Positions 1-12,566 of a stretch of 64,000 nt of DNA are shown here, piece after piece (positions within the stretch are counted from its first letter, which is position 1; each line of letters opens with the position of its first letter). The notes beneath the pieces are model-generated. The model was not told where the DNA came from. It ran no database searches and worked only from the letters and a program-made list of their open reading frames with translations. The DNA lies in assembly GCF_030684315.1 (NCBI RefSeq), contig NC_081360.1, forward strand, positions 10,892,599-10,956,598, read 5' to 3'. Source of the DNA: Stegostoma tigrinum (Eukaryota). The translations under genes and the position numbers were made by a program.

Positions 1-1419
1 TAAATGTATATTTGATAGCAGAAGACTTTTGAACTACTTTCTTACCTTTCCTAACAGTAACCCATCTATCTGACTGATCCTCCTGGGTAATAACTTTCCT
101 AAATTTCCTAGCCATCTTACTGTGACCCTTATATATGGCCTTAATAACATCAAGAATACTCCTTCCATTGCCACTGGCCTTAGTCTGCAAGGTCTTTCTT
201 CAAAAATTGATTGGGTTCAAATGAATTCCCAAAATGGTAATCTCATTACCTTATGTAATTACTGTTGGCATAATATACAACTGAAACATTACAGAAACTT
301 ATAATTTTGCACATTCACAACATAATGGACTAAACATTAAAAAGCAGGGAACAAATAATTTTCTTCTGTGCTCCAATTGCAACACCCAGTAATACTATGA
401 TTAAAAAAAACAGAAAATGCTAGAAATACTCAGCAGATCGGCATTTATGAAAAGAGAAACACAGTTAATGGTCTTCATTTTCAATTGCCTGTGGAGAGAT
501 TCAGTGAGGGCATATGTTTCAAATTCCTGGGTTGTTTCCTCATCTTCTCGTGCTTCCAGAGTGCGCTACTGTGTTCAAAATGGAGTGGGGTGAGGTCTAT
601 TAGTTTTCTTACCTCTACTTGCTGCTTGCTGATCTCCTGGAAGAGCCAAAAGGTGACTTTTAAAATTGTAGATTGGATAATGCAAAGAGTCTAGTATGTG
701 TTAATGTGCATCCATTAAGAGTAGTGCGGGAGACTTACGTGACGTTTCTGCTGAAGTAAGATGGTTAGGAAAAAAGGTTTTTCACAGAGAGTTACATGAT
801 TACTTGCTTGCACCATGATACTGGCCATGTGGCCTTGTGTCTATTCTACTCTGCAATGCAACAGAAGGCCCAATCATGCAGTGTTTATTGTTGAGAATTG
901 TCAAATGGCAAAGGCACCAAGCACACCTCTGGCCTACTGAGGGAAGCTACAGTTCAAAGTAGCATTCAATCAACGACAAAGAAAAAACATGAGGCTAGAA
1001 CTTGCAAGTGATCCAGACATCGGGTTCCTGGTGCTTGATTGAAAATCAAATAATGCTATTCAAACAAATCGAAGTGAGGAGGATGGAACAAAAGGATTGA
1101 GATAAATCACACAACTCGTGAGAAATTAAATGACAAAGGGTTGGTGATGCAAGGCCTAAGGGTATGGTAGTAGGACAAGTCACAAAAGAAAAGATGTACC
1201 TAGAGGAAGTGTGAATCACAGAATGGTGAACAGCTACATCTGAAGCAAGAGAAAAACATGAAGGAAACTAAAACCTGCAAAGGTAAAGGAACCAAAATGG
1301 GGGCAGAGGTTACAGTTGAATGAAATTGTTGAACTAAATGTTGAGCCCAAAAGACTGTACAGTGTCTGAGCATTCTGCAATGTTACGAGTATTAAGCACA
1401 GGTTTCATATGACCACAAT

Positions 1420-1642
1420 CTGAAACTTATCCTCACTTTGAACAGCTTCTCGTTCAATAACTCTAACTTTCTTCAGAAGGTGTGGTCATGACTATCAAAG
1501 TAAGAGAGAGATAACAAAGTGTGGAGCTGGATGAACACAGCAGGCCAAGCAGCATTTTAGGAGCACAAAAGCTGACGTTTCAGGCCCAGACCCTTCATCA
1601 GAAAAGGGGGAGGGGGACAGCCCCAGTTATGTCTGTCTTTTG
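1420..1642 (+). mobile_element. Old Penelope-like RT fragment split by a younger Penelope terminal piece (1505-1620, minus strand, with hammerhead)
   Basis: LILTLNSFSFNNSNFLQK-GVVMTIKV lies before 1505 and PSYVCL after 1620, matching the ELVLTLNNFSF...GVAMGTRMGPSYACL of the copy at 55020-55130. Confidence 0.55.
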
Positions 1643-1651
1643 AAAGGGCAC

Positions 1652-2618
1652 ATGGTTGAGTGACTGGAGGCCAGTGTCCAGTGGTGTACATCAGGAATCA
1701 GCGCATGGGCCCCTTATTATTTGTAAATGGAAAGGAAAATGTGCAGAATAATAAGTAAGTTTGTGAATGACTCAAAGACGGCTGGGGCATACAGAGTGAG
1801 GAAAAAGTTCTTAGGCTACAAGAGGGGCATAAGTGAATTAGTCAGATGGGCAGATAAGTGTAAAATTGAATTTAATCCTGATAAGTGTAAGGTGATGCAG
1901 TTTGGAAGAAGTAACAAGACAAGGGAGCGCTCAATGACTGGCTAGGAAGCTCAGAGGAATGGAGAGATCTTGCCATGTTTGTCCACAGATCCCTGAAGGT
2001 GACAGGGAAGGTTAATAGACTAGTTAAAAAGGTAACTGGAACGCTTGTCTTTATCAATTAAGGCTTACATTATAACAGTAGGGAAGTTATGCTGGAGCTG
2101 TATAGGACCTTGTTTAGGCCACAGCTGGAGTACTGTGTGCAGTTCTGATCACCACACTACAGGAAGGATGTGATTGCATGAAGAGGGTCCAGGAAAGATT
2201 TGCCAGACTGTGCTGATTGAGTTTGGGTTGTTTTCTTTGGAGCAGTGAAGGTTAAGGACAGACATGATAGAAGAGTATAAGACTATGAGGGACATAGACA
2301 GAGTGAATGAAAAAAGGGTTGCTCCCCTTATCGAAGGGCCAATAACAAGGGGCCATAATTTTAAAGTGAAAGGCAGATGGTTTGGAGGCAATTTGAAGAA
2401 AGATTTCTTCCCCTGATGAGTGGTGGGCCCTGGAATGCAGTGTCTTTGAGGAATGTTGACGTAGGTAATCTCACAAGCTTTAAAACATATTTGGACAAGC
2501 ACGTGAAGTGTCATAACATTCAAAACTATGAAAGATGGGACTAGTGTATTTAATATAACTTTTGCATTAGCAGACTTGATGGGTTGAATGGCTTCTTCTG
2601 TACTGTATGATGTTATGA
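1652..2618 (+). mobile_element. CR1-clade LINE, decayed 3' part (RT and 3' UTR)
   Basis: SKFVNDSK (degenerate FADD), W...EFNPDKCKVMQFGRSN, RPQLEYCVQF, and a CR1-like tail. Stops and frameshifts throughout. Confidence 0.85.
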
Positions 2619-2829
2619 AAGGAAAGAAAGGCTAGTAACACCGACCCTATGGTCAAAAATGTCTACCTTTCATAGCAACTGCAAACTCATGCCATATAAC
2701 TCTTCTTTGGCCCCTCTGTCTCACACGCTCCTTTCCCATGATGTTTGTGATTTCTTGTCTGAAAAGAGTGTGAACAATAGCACACAAATTGTAATAATGT
2801 ATTTCTAAAATTTTTGACATAAACTGAGA

Positions 2830-3028
2830 CAATCAGAGGCCTGCTCTTTCATCAGAGAGAGATAAATGATGGTATTTTCAAGCAGATGGTTACCATGCCT
2901 CAGACGAGAACGAGGTTGATAAGGTGGAGCTTTTATGGTAGCTCTATTTAGTGCAGGAATTGAATCTGTGATGTTGGTGTCATTCTATATCACATACTAG
3001 CCATCCAGCCAACTGAGCTAATTGAACC
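2830..3028 (-). mobile_element. tRNA-derived SINE
   Basis: The minus strand shows an A box (TAGCTCAGTTGG) and a B box-like sequence (GATTCAATTCC). A related decayed head is at ~45545-45612. Confidence 0.6.
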
Positions 3029-3097
3029 CCTCTGAAGTTATGACAATGTGTACAATGAGTGTTGTAAAAGTGTTTGGTTCAGGGATGTGTATTTTAT

Positions 3098-3176
3098 GCT
3101 TCTTGGCCTGCTGTGTTCATCCAGCTTCACACTTTGTTATCTTAGATTCTCCAGCATCTGCAGTTCCCATTGTCTC
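3098..3176 (+). mobile_element. Extreme 3' tail of a Penelope-like element with a 10-bp TSD
   Basis: cttggcctgctgtgttcatccagc...catctgcagttcccattgtctc is nearly identical to 56670-56745. Flanks are tgtattttat (3088-3097) and tgtgttttat (3177-3186). Confidence 0.75.
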
Positions 3177-4419
3177 TGTGTTTTATAAGTGTCTGTTTCA
3201 GGGGATATTTAGAGGAGGAAAACATAAAGTGTAATTGGGATGATTTGCAAGGGAATAAAGTTCACATGTTACTTGCAGTAGTATTAGTGCAATGAGGGTT
3301 TTCTTGATATTGTTTACTGACAGGTAAGGTATATTGAAATAGAATAAGAAGAAACAGAAGCAGACAAACTTGCATATATATAACTGGCTTGTTGCACCTT
3401 CTGATAAGATCCATTGCCTGTCTTAAACGATTTGCAGAACCACCTCCTTATCAGGAATCAGAAATTCAAGGGGTTGGTATGTTGCATACTTACCCTTTTT
3501 GTTTCTGGTTCATTTATATGAGCGTCGATATATAAAATATTGTCTTTGGTTTCCATGCTAAGCAATGAAAAATCAGATGCTTAGCTTGCAAAAGATTCAC
3601 AAACGAAACTACTTTAGATCCTGCAAGAATCTTGGTAGGATAAATGAATGTTAGATTGTGAGGACAGCGAGCCTTTCCAAATCAAAGCTGAGGTGTATGG
3701 GATATCATGTGACCTATTGGATACTGATTGCAACAACTCAAATTATTTAACACAGCAGGAGAGGTGTGACATTGACTGCCCTGCCTACATCGTTCCATTG
3801 TCTCGGTGGAACTCTGTGGGCCAGGATCGTTGTGTTGCTCTTGTAACCTCACCCAGCAGCAATATGACAGCTGAATCTAAAAACATGCACTGTCAACCTG
3901 CAGAGCACACAAGCATTCATTCTTAGAAGCCTTTGTTTTCAGCTGCTGTCAGTTTGTTTTGCAGGCTTGCACCCTTTTAAGCTGCTAAAGGCTGTTAAAT
4001 CCCACAGCTGCAAATTGCCTTCTAACCCTCAGTGGGCAAGCTTGTAATCACTGGCCTTTCTGTAGTTTTCTCCTAAATTTAATATTTAAATTCAATTGAC
4101 CTCACAAACAAATGGTAGAGCCTCTTCAGATTGGGCAAGCATGAGCAATCATTCATCAGCATCTGTTCTGTTTTCGTAGTTTGGCCTTTATCTCCCACAT
4201 TTTGATATTTATTGGCAGTTACTGAATGGATTAGCTTTCATGCCAATTAAAGATTTTTACAGTTGAGAAATAAGACTTTTCTGTAATGCTGGTTATTATA
4301 TGTGACTCTTCAGATCGAACAGTCAGAGATCTAAGAACAAAATGATGCCAACTATGTCTATTGAATATCTGATGTAGAAATATTTTAGTAGTAGCTAACT
4401 ACAATAGCATTTGATTGTT

Positions 4420-4595
4420 GGGAAACGTGTTGAAAAGCCGTGGAAATCCCTCCCTCACAACATTGTAATGGCTTCTATACCAAATGGACTGCAATAGTGT
4501 AAGAAGGTGGCTCAACACCACCTTCTCAAGGGCAATTAGTGATGTGCTGACATATTGTATAAGTGGAGCCCACATCATTTGAATAAATGAATAAG
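4420..4595 (+). mobile_element. LINE 3' tail, same family as 13950-15225
   Basis: Shares the tggaatccctccct...caccaccttctcaagggcaattag...tgaataaatgaat tail with 15060-15225. Confidence 0.6.
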
Positions 4596-4930
4596 TAAAT
4601 GTTGACTTTGCCATATAACTTTTCTGTTGTTCCATAATGGAGCATTTATACTTCCTGCTAAAATCTGAAGTTGCTCAATGTTTCAAACTTGAAATGCACA
4701 CAGTTTTGTTTTCTCTTAGGAATTACATTGAGGTAGTTGTCTGAAACACACTGTGTAATTTGCATATTTCTGCCTTTTGTTATCATTGAAAGGGTGAGAA
4801 TGTATTTGAAGGTTTTGAAATCAGTGTCCTCATATGAATTATTCCTCAAAGTGGAGTTTTTTTTCCATATCTACTTCCAAGTCTTCTTTTCCAAACCAAA
4901 ACCTCACAATCCAAAAGTTATCTTTACTCT

Positions 4931-6900
4931 GAGAGATAGTAAGAACTGCCGATGCTGGAGTCAGAGTCTGGAGCTGCAAGAACTCAGCAGACCAGGCAGC
5001 ATCAGAGGAGCAGGAACGTTGATGTTTCAAGTCAGGACCCTTCTTCAGAAATGTGGAAGGGGGAAGGGAGCTCTGAAATAAATAGAGAGGAGGGTGCGAG
5101 TGGGAAGGTAGGTGGGATGGGGATAGGGATAGGTGAGGGAAGGTAGGCAGTAGTAAGCATTGGTCAGTGAGGTAGGAGGGGCGGAGAAGTGGGAGAGAAG
5201 ATGGATACGGTGTATCAGGTCAAGGAGTCGGGATGAGAGGGAGGGTTGGTCATGGGAAGGACTGGGGTGGGGAGATTTTGAAAGTGGTAAAGTCCACATT
5301 GAGACCATTGGGTTGTAGGCTCCCAAGGTGGAATCAGAGGTGCTGCACCTCCAGTTCCTGGGTGGCAACATTGTGACACTGGAGGAGGCCCAGGATGGAC
5401 GTGTCACCCAGGGAGTGGGAGGGGGAGTTGAAATGGTTTGCGACTGGAAGGTGTTGTCGTTTGTCACAATCAGAGTGCAGGTGCTTTACAAAGCAGTCTT
5501 CGAGCCTCCGCTTGGTCTCACCAATGTAGAGAAGGCCACTCAGGAGCAGCGGCTGTAGTAGACCACCATTGGTGGGTGTGCAGGTGAACTTTTATCTGAT
5601 GTGGAAGGTTTTTATGGTTCCTTGGATGGAAGTGAGGGGCTAGGTGTAGAAGCATATATAGCACTTCCTGTGGTTGCAGGGAAAGGTGCCAGAGGTGGCA
5701 GGGCTAGTGGGAACTGTGGATCAGACGAGGGAGTCAGGGAGCGAGTGGTCCTTACTGAAGGCAGATAGGGGTGGGGAGGGAAATATATCCTTGGTTGTGG
5801 GGTCAAGACTGCAGGTGGCAGAAGTGGCAGAGAATGATACATTGAATCCAGAGGTTATTGGGGTGATATGTGAGAACAAGGGAGATTCGGTCTTCATTTT
5901 TGTTGTCAGGAGGGGACACAAGGACAGAGGTGTGGGAAATGCAAGAAATGCGGTCAAAAGCATTTCCGACCACTGAATGGGGGGAAGTTGCGGTCCTTGA
6001 AATAAGAGGACATCTGGAACGTTCCGGACTGGAACGCCCCATCTTTGGAGCGGACGCAGCAGAGGTGGAGGAATTGGGAGTAGGGGATCGCATTGTTGCG
6101 GGAAGATGGGTGCAAAGAAGTGTAGTCTAGCTCGCCATGGGAATCCGTGGGCTTGAAATAGATATCGGCTTCAAGGTGGTCACCAGAGATGGAGACAGAG
6201 AGGTCCAGGAAGGGGAGAGAGAGCTTTTAGAGATGGTCTGGGTGAATTCGAGGTTGGGGTAAAAGGTGTTAGTAAAGTTGACAAACTGTTCAAGCCCCTT
6301 ATGGGAGCACCAACCAGCACTGATACGGTCATCGATGTAGCGGAGGAAGAGGTGGGGATAGTGCCAGTGTAGCAACAGAAGAAGGACTGTTCCACATATC
6401 CTACAAAGAAGCAGGCATAGCTTAGCCCCATGCAGGTCCCCATTGCCACCCCCTTAGTCTGTAAGAAGTGGGAGTAGTTAAATGAGAAGTTGTTAAGGGT
6501 AAGGACAAGTTTGGTTAGGCGGATGAGAGTGTTCGTGGAGGGAGACTGGTTAGGCCTGAGGGAGAGAAAGAAATGGAGGGCTTTTAGGCCATCTACATGT
6601 TAGGAGGAAGGTATAGAGGAGACGTCAGAGGGAGGTTCTTCACCCAGAGAGTTGTGAGCGCATGGAATAGTTTACCAGTGGTAGTCGTGGAAGCAGAATC
6701 ATTAGTAACATTTAAGCGACTGCTGGACATGCACATGGACAGCAGTGAATTGAGGGGAATGTAGGTTAGGTTATTTTATTTTTGGATTAGGATTAATCCA
6801 CGGCACAACATGGTGGGCCGAAGGGCCTGTACTGTGCTGTACTTTTCTATGTTCTATGTTCTACCTGGGGAATACAAGTGTGCAGGGATTGGATGTCCAT
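4931..6900 (-). mobile_element. Penelope-like retroelement (Neptune-type RT + GIY-YIG), decayed, interrupted by a CR1 3' end
   Basis: Minus-strand MAMGTCMGLSYACFFVGYVEQ, LFLRYIDD, LVLTYHPNN and Cys-rich/GIY-YIG remnants. Terminal hammerhead at 5021-5048. The RT resumes after the CR1 insert as MDIQSLHTCIP at 6864-6900. Confidence 0.9.
6597..6862 (+). mobile_element. 5'-truncated CR1 3' end with (TTCTATG)n tail inserted in the Penelope element
   Basis: RGRFFTQRVV motif and a gggccgaagggcctgtactgtgctgt tail with ttctatgttctatgttcta. Short tctac duplication at 6592-6596 and 6860-6864. Confidence 0.85.
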
Positions 6901-7815
6901 ATCTTTGCACTGTTGTTTTCTTTACTTTCTTTCTGAGTACTCGTTTTGTCTTATGTGTAGTATAATCCACTTTGGCAGAATAGGTCAAGTGTGGGTCAAA
7001 CATCAGTATTACAAGCTGTCTAAATTTATTTCCCATTGGTCCTAAATGGGTGTCTGAATTCTAAACAGCCCCATTCGGTTCCCAGAGGGGAAAATCAGTA
7101 ACACTTTGAAATGCACATACTGGGCATACAGAAACTACATTTTGAAGTATACAAAACAAGCTAGACCAGTTTGTGTCATTTGCAAGTTTTACAGTTCTTT
7201 TCTTCCTGGGTCAGGAGAGTTTACGTTAAAATAAGGCATTTGTGAACAGAATGCAATTAGAAGTAAGGTTGTGTTAAGTGGTACCATGTATCATTATCAT
7301 ATGTGTATTCTACTTTATTCAAGGCTTCAAATTCTAACATCATATTAGCCTTTCACAGAATCACAGAAGTATTACAGTGCAGAAGGAGGCCACTTGACCC
7401 ATTTTGTTTTCACTGACTATCCAACTGAGTATCATTATTTGGTATCAGTCTCCTGCCTTTCGCCATATCACTTTAGATACCTGAACATTTGACATAGTAT
7501 TGAAGAGCTGAGCATCAAATTTAAAAACCGAACTTCAAAGGTCATAATCTCTCAATTATTTCTCATAACATGCAAATTGACAAAAGACTAACCAATTTAT
7601 ATAGATGAACACATGACTAAACAACTGGTGTGAAAGAAGTGAATTTGTGGGGCACTAACACCAGTCGTGGGGAAAGTGGCTGTCTATTTAATCTCCACCA
7701 CAGCTATGCTCAGAAAGATGTTCTTGTAAGTTACATAACCATGGGAGTGGAGAGGATATCAAACTAAATAATGGAAGCAAGAGATCAAATTTCAGAAGAT
7801 GTAATAAATCAAAAT

Positions 7816-8131
7816 GGGAGCGGCACGGTGGCTCAGTGGTTAGCATTGCAGCCTCATAGTGCCAGGGACCCAGGTTTGATTCCAGCCTCGGGCGACTGTC
7901 TGTGTGGAGTTTGCACATTCTCCCTATATCTGCATGGGTTTCCACTGGGTGCTTCGGTTTCCTCCCACAGTCCAAAGATGTGCAGGTTAGGTGGATTGGC
8001 CATGCTAAATTGCCCGTAGTGTTCAGGTGTTTGTGGGTTATAGGGGGATGGGTCTGGGTGGGATGCATCAAGGGGGGGTGTGGACTTGTTGGGCCGAAGG
8101 GTCTGTTTCCACACTGTAGGGAATCTAATCT
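7816..8131 (+). mobile_element. HE1-like elasmobranch tRNA-derived SINE
   Basis: A box TGGCTCAGTGG, B box GGTTTGATTCC, V-domain-like core (tgtggagtttgcacattctccc...ggtttcctcccacagtccaaagatgtg), CR1-like 3' end and tctaa tail. aaaatg occurs on both flanks. Confidence 0.9.
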
Positions 8132-8679
8132 AAAATGTAGAGATAAGGCAAAAGAGAAGAATATTAACATGCAAAATGATAAATAGACCATGAGAGGAAG
8201 AGTACAAATCTAAGAGTAGATCAACACATAAGGCTACAGGTTTAAAACGAAGATTAATGCTAAAACCTTTCTACTTGAATGCACATAATATTTGAAACAA
8301 AACAGAAGAACTGAGAACATAAACAGAAAATAACAAATACAATCGAATAACCATGACAGAGGCACAGGGTGGAAATAGACCTATTCAACATGTACTATTG
8401 CATGATCTGTGGCAGATTCAAATGAGAAGTCCTGCTAGGCTCTTCTTGGTGTCGGGAGCATCTTGCTACATCTTTTATTCTTTCTCAAGTTTCTGGCTAG
8501 ACAACAGCAGGTTACCAATTAAAAGGGATTACTGCTTGTTAAACATCTTATTGACAGCCATTTTTCCTCATTGGTATTCAGCTTTCCATCTTACCAAGTT
8601 TACCAAACAATCAAGACATCAAGGAAACTTAGTAAAGCAAAACAAGAGCAGGTCATGGTAAATTAAGCCCAATGTTTTC

Positions 8680-9130
8680 GCTGAAGGTCCTTCATGTTGG
8701 ACAGCGGACATCAACAAGTCGTGGCATTCTCCATGGGCACAGGCCACAGGCATCCCACGTGTATTAACATTGACATTTGATATGTGCCAGGCTCTAAACA
8801 CCCTCATGGCACATCTCTAATTTATGTACAGGATTGTTCTGCACTCCGATGTTGCACTAGCAACTATTGTTGTAATGCTGTAGGAAGGACACTGTACAAT
8901 CAGGGACATGCATCTAGCTCATGCACTGGATCACAATGTATCTCAAGGCACTTCACTTACTGTAAACTCGCTCTGAACCTACCTGGATGCTCACAACATT
9001 ACATTGCCTTATCTTGCTTTTTTGTACTTTGCTCCATCAGTCCGATTACTTCTCATATTACTTCTTGCCTTGCCATTTTGTGCAGGTCCAAAGCCAGGAA
9101 GTTTGTCATGATAGGCATTGAACCTCAAGG
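8680..9130 (+). mobile_element. PIF/Harbinger transposase remnant (highly decayed)
   Basis: Frameshifted GIPRVL..ID..YV, F.YR..LHS.V and PGCS echo the HARBI1-type GFPRVQGAIDCTHV / FINRKGFHSLNVQ / YPGSSHD motifs. Confidence 0.4.
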
Positions 9131-9699
9131 AGGATAGTCTCTGCTCAGGAAGTTCCAGCATAGAAAATCAAAGGGGCCTCTCCTATTGGCCCAGCAGCTT
9201 GAAAGTGGCCAGTTAGCCACTCAGGGCAACCAGAGTCAGGCTCCAGAGACAAAAGAAAACTACAGATGCTGGAATCTAAGGTAGATAAACAGGAATCTGG
9301 AAGAACACAGCAGGTCAGGCAGCATCTGGAGGCAAGGAGCAGTCAACATTTTGGGTATTACCCGTCCTCAAGATCTCTCCACCTTAAGGGATGAGAAGCC
9401 TCACCCAACCTATCTTAAGTCTTCTTGTCCTATTAGGGGCTGTTTTCTTCCTAGAAAGAGAAAGTGGCGGCTTGAAGGGAGATGAACGTGTATGGCACAG
9501 CTGTGACTTTTGGTGCAGGTGAAGAGGTGTCTCGCGTGAGGGATAAGGCAGGACAGAATGCATGCAAAATCAGTGGTTTTGGGACAGTGATTTAGTTAAG
9601 GCGTTCCAAGCATTAGAGAGGGTGGTATAAAATGAGCCTTGGTGGGAGGTGGGTGCAGAAGCAATGACAGCATGACCATTAGGTATTGGAGAGAAGATG

Positions 9700-9945
9700 G
9701 AGGCACATTTGCTAGCAGAGTGGAGAAGGTCATTGATCTTCTTTCTATGGATCTTGTCATTCCTCCAGATAGCTGAGAGTGGTTTAACTGGGTGGCAACG
9801 TCAGACCAGGCTGGCACAAGCTGGCGTTGTGGCATCTATTGCTAGTCCGGGGGGTAAAGGGAAGTCATGCATCTATACCACCCTGTCCAGCAGGATCTCC
9901 CGGTCCCTGCTCAGAATGTGGGACACATATTACTCCATGTTTGCC
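9700..9945 (-). mobile_element. PIF/Harbinger Myb/SANT-like ORF remnant
   Basis: Minus strand reads MANME*YVSHILSRDREILLDRVV*...RQLVPAWSDVATQ..SAIWRNDKIHRKKINDLLHSA, matching the Myb/SANT trihelix pattern PRFSDxDLEVLL...AWxEVA...RKKxNDL. Confidence 0.65.
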
Positions 9946-11224
9946 ATGCTCAGAGAAAATATCAGGAAACACGTAGGACGGATCTGAAACGAATACGCTT
10001 GTCTAGTGCACAATGGACTTTTTAACATAGTGTGCACGTAAAGGATGCTGATGAATTCTGGGATATCAGTTGAATGGGTGATTTATTCTGGAAATGGAGT
10101 GTGGAAATATATGATGGAATTGGATCTGAAGGACACCATCGGTTCAGGTAGCTAGTCAATGAGGGAAGAAACAGGAAGAAGAAGTGCTAAGCACGGCAGT
10201 GAAAGTTCCTCCAAAAACTTTGATGCAACTCAGATTTAGTCAAAAAGGTCAGATTCAGCCCTTTGTCTTTTCTGTAAATCTTATTTCCAAAGGCTGGGTC
10301 ATGGATTTCCATTAATTTAGTCTACGTGTATTGACAAAGGACTTCAGTGATGTATGCCAGTGCCTTCTGCAGGATGACTCTCCCGCCCTGAACTGCTAAT
10401 AGGTGCATTGAAAAGACTTTTTTCAATCTTATCAATCAACCAGTTTGACCATGTTAGCATGCAACTTCCATGGCCAATATATCATGGCGTGGCTTCAAAC
10501 CTGAAGTTTCTTACACAGAGATTGGATGCTAGGCTTTTCACCACATGATCTGCTAATAAGGATTGCAAGCCACCTTAATTTCAATTGACCCATGCCAGGC
10601 TGACAGTTCAAAATTGTAGTCCATGTGGCTGATTTTTGATCAGGGTATTGTTGAAATGATCGAATGTTATAAGGTGTCTGAGCTAAACTATTGAATAGCA
10701 CCATGACTACAGGACCTGATATAAAAGGATTCAACTGGCAATTCTGAATAGTGGTCCAGTAGTATTCATAGGATTTCTTTACAGCATGATTAGTCCCTGC
10801 CTTCAACTGCTCTTGTAGTACGTGTCATTGGTTTATGAAATATAATTAGATAACCTTCTGCCTGTTTTATCTGTGCCTGCCATAAAATTAATGGAAACAG
10901 TTCTGTTATCATTACCTAACAATTAAGATAATAAAAGGACAATCCTAGAGATGACTAGTGAAGAAATATTTATCATAAGCTAAGCATTAACAACTGAGGC
11001 TATTAAAGTTTTAAAACTATGTAACACTCTGTGAGCACGAGGTAAATGGATTTGGTCTGAGTAGAACATGAGCAGCAAGGATCAATTCCCATCATGTCAG
11101 TTTCAAAAATTTGAATTCATTTTAAATATCTAGAAATAAAAATTCTAGTATTAGTAATGGTTACTATGGAGCTGTTGGGTTGTGACACCGATTAATTCAC
11201 CAGCATCCGTTAATATTGACAGTT

Positions 11225-11720
11225 TGGAAACATATAGCTGTTTTATCACGGGCCAACAAAATGCTTTACAGGAATGTTATCAGACAAAATTTGATCTAAA
11301 GCCATTTAGGATATTAGGACAGATAATCAAAAACTTGATGAATGAGACAGTGTTAAAGGAACAACTTGGAAAATCAGAGAAAGGTGGAGAAGCAGAAAGG
11401 TTTATGGACTGAATTTTAAATATTAAGACCTAGATAACTGAAGCACATTGCCAGTGATGGCATGGTGGAAAACTGAGCATTGACGGGAGACCAGAATTGG
11501 AGGAAAATAAATCTCAGATGGCCATGGAACTAGAAGAGGTTACAGAGGAACATGGTCTTTGAACATTAGGATGAGAATTTTAAAATTCAAGTATTATTGG
11601 TTAGGGTGTGAATCTAGGTCAGTGGGCACAGGTGTGATAGATGACCAGGAATTAAAATGAGTAGGAGTGTAGGCAGCAGAATCTCAGATAAACTCAAGTT
11701 TGCATGTATTCAAAATGCGA
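11225..11720 (-). mobile_element. L2-clade LINE 3' fragment
   Basis: Purine-rich plus strand with L2-type 3'-end phrases (caaaatgctttacaggaatgttatcagacaaaatttga...; gaatttt...agacctagataactgaag). No intact ORF. Confidence 0.5.
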
Positions 11721-12431
11721 CGTCACCAGGGCCTTATGGAGATAATAGGAACCGCAGATGCTGGCGAATCCGAGATAACAAAGTGTAGAACTGGATGAAC
11801 ACAGCAGGCCAAGCAGAATCTTAAGGAGCCTGATCTACATGTGTCTCCAGGCTCATACCAATGTGATTGATATTTAAATGCCCTCAAAGCAAAAGCACTC
11901 TGTTGCATCAAGTAATATAAAGAATAAGGAGATTACAAAAACAAAATGAGACAGAATGCTTGATTCAGACCTAGGCATCTAATCAGGATACAATGAAGGC
12001 ATAGTTAGTCCTGCCATTCCTGTAGTGTCTTTCTTGCTAACACCTGAGGATTAGTGCTAACATTGGAAAAGAACTGCCAATGGATAAGTCAACCTGGTAT
12101 CTTTTATAATTATATTCATAGAATCATAAATTCTACCCAAATTCATTTCTGTCTTTTCTAGCATTTCACACTCAGAGATACAGGATCAATCGTCAACAGT
12201 CAGAGGGAATACCACTGGCAACCTGTAATTTGACCCAGAGCCATATTGGATATTAGGATTCATAGTTTCAGAACAAGTAGAAGCCAATAAACCTCAGGAT
12301 GATTACCATCTAAAGTCTCCCTCAGCTTGCAAATCAGCATAGTTCATAGTGAGTGTCATTTAGAAAGTGCACCACAGTTAGAAGTGCACACTTGTGCACA
12401 GATTGGTTCAAACCAAGAGAGGTTTGATAGT

Positions 12432-12566
12432 AAAAACCGAAAGAACTGCAGATGCTGTGAAACAGGAACAAAAACAAAGTTGCTGGAAAAACTCAGCAAG
12501 TCTGGCAGCATCTGTGAAGGATAAAACAGAGTTAGCGTTTTGGGTCCAGTGATCCTTGTTCAGAAC
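12432..12566 (-). mobile_element. Penelope-type terminal fragment, second family, with degenerate hammerhead
   Basis: Matches an arm of the 17411-17659 fold-back (gaactgcagatgctg...acaaagttgctggaaaaactcagc...gggtccagtgatcc..cagaac). Similar orphan termini occur at ~405-480, 9248-9372, 11739-11830, 15780-15868 and 47170-47250. Confidence 0.7.

Noticed and set aside
7816-7890. tRNA genes at the SINE heads
   Set aside because: A and B boxes are present, but they run into SINE bodies and no complete cloverleaf is evident.
7688-8191. Recurrent ORFs such as GSTVAQWLALQPHSARD and MWKQALWPNKST (also ~22900, 34300, 43750)
   Set aside because: These are chance translations of non-coding HE1 SINE copies.
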